A DNA stretch of 56,692 bases, taken from positions 1 through 56,692 of the IMG/VR virus record IMGVR_UViG_3300020595_000045, one strand, 5' to 3'. A program made the translations under genes and the position numbers. The stretch comes from a virus (lineage: Duplodnaviria; Caudoviricetes). Shown here piece by piece: positions 55,192-56,692 of the stretch (position 1 is its first letter; each line of letters begins with the position of its first letter). A model generated the notes under the pieces. The model had not been told where the DNA came from. It saw only the letters and a list, made by a program, of their open reading frames with translations, and ran no database searches.

Positions 55192-55383
55192 ATGGAAACT
55201 AAAGAGTATCTTGAAGAGCTTGATAAGCTCGACCACAACAGCGTACACCCTGAGTTCTATACTTACACAACAGTATGGATGAAATCTCGTATGCCCCAAG
55301 CATACAAAGAACTTAAAGCTTCTTTCGAAAACTACGAAGGCGAAATTTTCGATGCAATGCAACAAGACGAGGCTCCGTTCTAA
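55192..55383 (+). CDS. Hypothetical protein
   Basis: AGGAGG RBS; TAATG-coupled to polA. Confidence 0.7.
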   Translation: METKEYLEELDKLDHNSVHPEFYTYTTVWMKSRMPQAYKELKASFENYEGEIFDAMQQDEAPF

Positions 55384-56692
55384 TGCTTGTAACACTCGAC
55401 TTTGAAACATATTTCGATACTAAAGTGTCACTCACTAAGCTTACTACCATGGATTACGTCCGCCACGAGCTGTTCAAAGTGTGGGGCGTAGGCATAAAAA
55501 TCGACGACGGGCCTACTGAATGGTTCGGAGAAGATGACACCGAAGAAGCAATTAATGACATCGATTGGGACAACGCTACACTTGTCTGTCATAACACCCC
55601 ATTCGATGGTTACATTCTAACGCGTCACTTCGGAGTAATACCGGCGTACTACATAGATACTGCCGCTATGAACCGCGGCTTGTTCCCTGGACAATCAGCG
55701 CGTCTTAAAGATTGCGCTGTTCGTGCTTTCCCTGACGATGAGAACATGCGTAAAGGTGAAGAGCTCGCTGATGCCAAAGGTATCTACGACCTTGATCCCG
55801 AACTCGAAGAAGCTATAGCCGGCTACTGCATACAAGATGTCGATCTTACGTATGCAATCTACAAACAACTTGTAGACCGCATGCCACAATCTGAAATGGA
55901 TATCATCAACATCACCTGCAGAATGTTCTGTGAACCAAAGCTAATCGTGAACACCGAAGCGCTAATCTTGTTTCGTGATTTCCTTATAACAGCCAGCGAA
56001 CAAGCTATCAACGCATCAGGTGTTGACCGCAAGGTGCTAAGTTCTAACAAGCAGTTCTCAGATTACATCCAACAAGTGCTTGGCCTAATCACCCCTACGA
56101 AACCAAGTCCAACTACGGGTAAACACATACCTGCCCTAGGCAAGAATGACAAAGCATTCTCACAGCTACAAAAAATGTACCCCGAGCACCAACATATATG
56201 GGATGCGCGGATAGCTGTTAAGAGCCGCATTAATGAGACCAGAGCGCAACGGTTTATCGATGCTACTCATAATGACGGAACGATCTCAGTACCACTACGC
56301 TACTACGCAGCCCACACTGGCCGGTTCGGCGGCACTGAAAAGATCAACATGCAAAACATGCCCCGTAACTCAGAGCTCAGGAAAGCATTATGCGCACCTC
56401 CTGATCACCTGGTCTACGTTGCTGACTTATCAAATATCGAAGCACGTATGCTTGCATGGCTAGCAGACGAAGACGACTTGCTCGAACAGTTCCGCAACGG
56501 CGATGACATCTACAGTAACCTAGCAACACAAATCTATAACCGACCCATCAATAAAAAAGACGACCCAACCGAACGATTCGTTGGTAAGACTGCTGTATTA
56601 GGGCTCGGCTATGGGATGGGCGCACCTAAGTTCCAAGCGACATTAGAAGCTGGTGCTATGGGCCCGCCTATGAAATTCACAACTGACGAAAC
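55383..56692 (+). CDS. polA: DNA polymerase family A, N-terminal part (3'-5' exonuclease and start of polymerase domain); about 602 aa in full
   Basis: LDFETY (ExoI), HN..FD (ExoII), YC.QDV (ExoIII), HTGR, N.QN.P, motif A ADLSNIEAR; missed by the ORF track because no stop occurs before the window end. Confidence 0.95.
   Translation, partial: MLVTLDFETYFDTKVSLTKLTTMDYVRHELFKVWGVGIKIDDGPTEWFGEDDTEEAINDIDWDNATLVCHNTPFDGYILTRHFGVIPAYYIDTAAMNRGLFPGQSARLKDCAVRAFPDDENMRKGEELADAKGIYDLDPELEEAIAGYCIQDVDLTYAIYKQLVDRMPQSEMDIINITCRMFCEPKLIVNTEALILFRDFLITASEQAINASGVDRKVLSSNKQFSDYIQQVLGLITPTKPSPTTGKHIPALGKNDKAFSQLQKMYPEHQHIWDARIAVKSRINETRAQRFIDATHNDGTISVPLRYYAAHTGRFGGTEKINMQNMPRNSELRKALCAPPDHLVYVADLSNIEARMLAWLADEDDLLEQFRNGDDIYSNLATQIYNRPINKKDDPTERFVGKTAVLGLGYGMGAPKFQATLEAGAMGPPMKFTTDE
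56513..56692 (+). repeat. Terminal direct repeat, right copy
   Basis: Matches 1-180 with 2 mismatches. Confidence 0.95.

Larger units (their letters stand above)
1..56692. mobile_element. Complete circularly permuted temperate tailed phage genome (podovirus-like structural module)
   Basis: Terminase, portal, scaffold, capsid, tail, lysis, replication, integrase, attP and repressor are all present; the ends overlap by 180 bp; no host housekeeping genes. Confidence 0.95.

Overview
The window is an apparently complete, circularly permuted (~56.5 kb) tailed dsDNA phage genome. Bases 1-180 recur at 56513-56692 with 2 mismatches, and the join splits a family A DNA polymerase gene (55383-56512 + 1-679). 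There are two divergent arms. The + strand arm (48.5 kb through the junction to 10.1 kb) carries small early genes, a probable iteron origin, a MoxR-AAA/vWA pair, PolA (Leu762 type), CsrA, primase-helicase, a PD-(D/E)XK nuclease, an SNF2-like helicase, a lambda-CI-like repressor and an excisionase. The - strand arm (48.2 kb to 10.0 kb) carries terminases, portal, scaffold, a DUF4043-like capsid, podovirus-type adaptor/nozzle and ejection proteins, a lysis cassette, glycan-binding tail proteins and a tyrosine integrase next to a tRNA-Ser-derived attP. The phage is therefore most likely temperate, probably on a proteobacterial host (inference). The most striking signals are non-coding: (i) a 17-bp TATTAG-N5-CTAATA operator in front of most operons, paired with a CI that appears to lack autocleavage residues; (ii) a phage csrA with about ten Shine-Dalgarno sites displayed as GGA-loop hairpins; (iii) dispersed 7-bp-periodic arrays that run through coding sequence; (iv) a 12-copy TGACACAC origin-like array with a distant look-alike cluster; (v) three hairpin-TCGGTCGG elements before the first early genes; (vi) a multi-hairpin capsid leader. 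A three-gene secreted/membrane cassette also sits inside the head module. All family assignments come from motif recognition by eye; no database searches were run.
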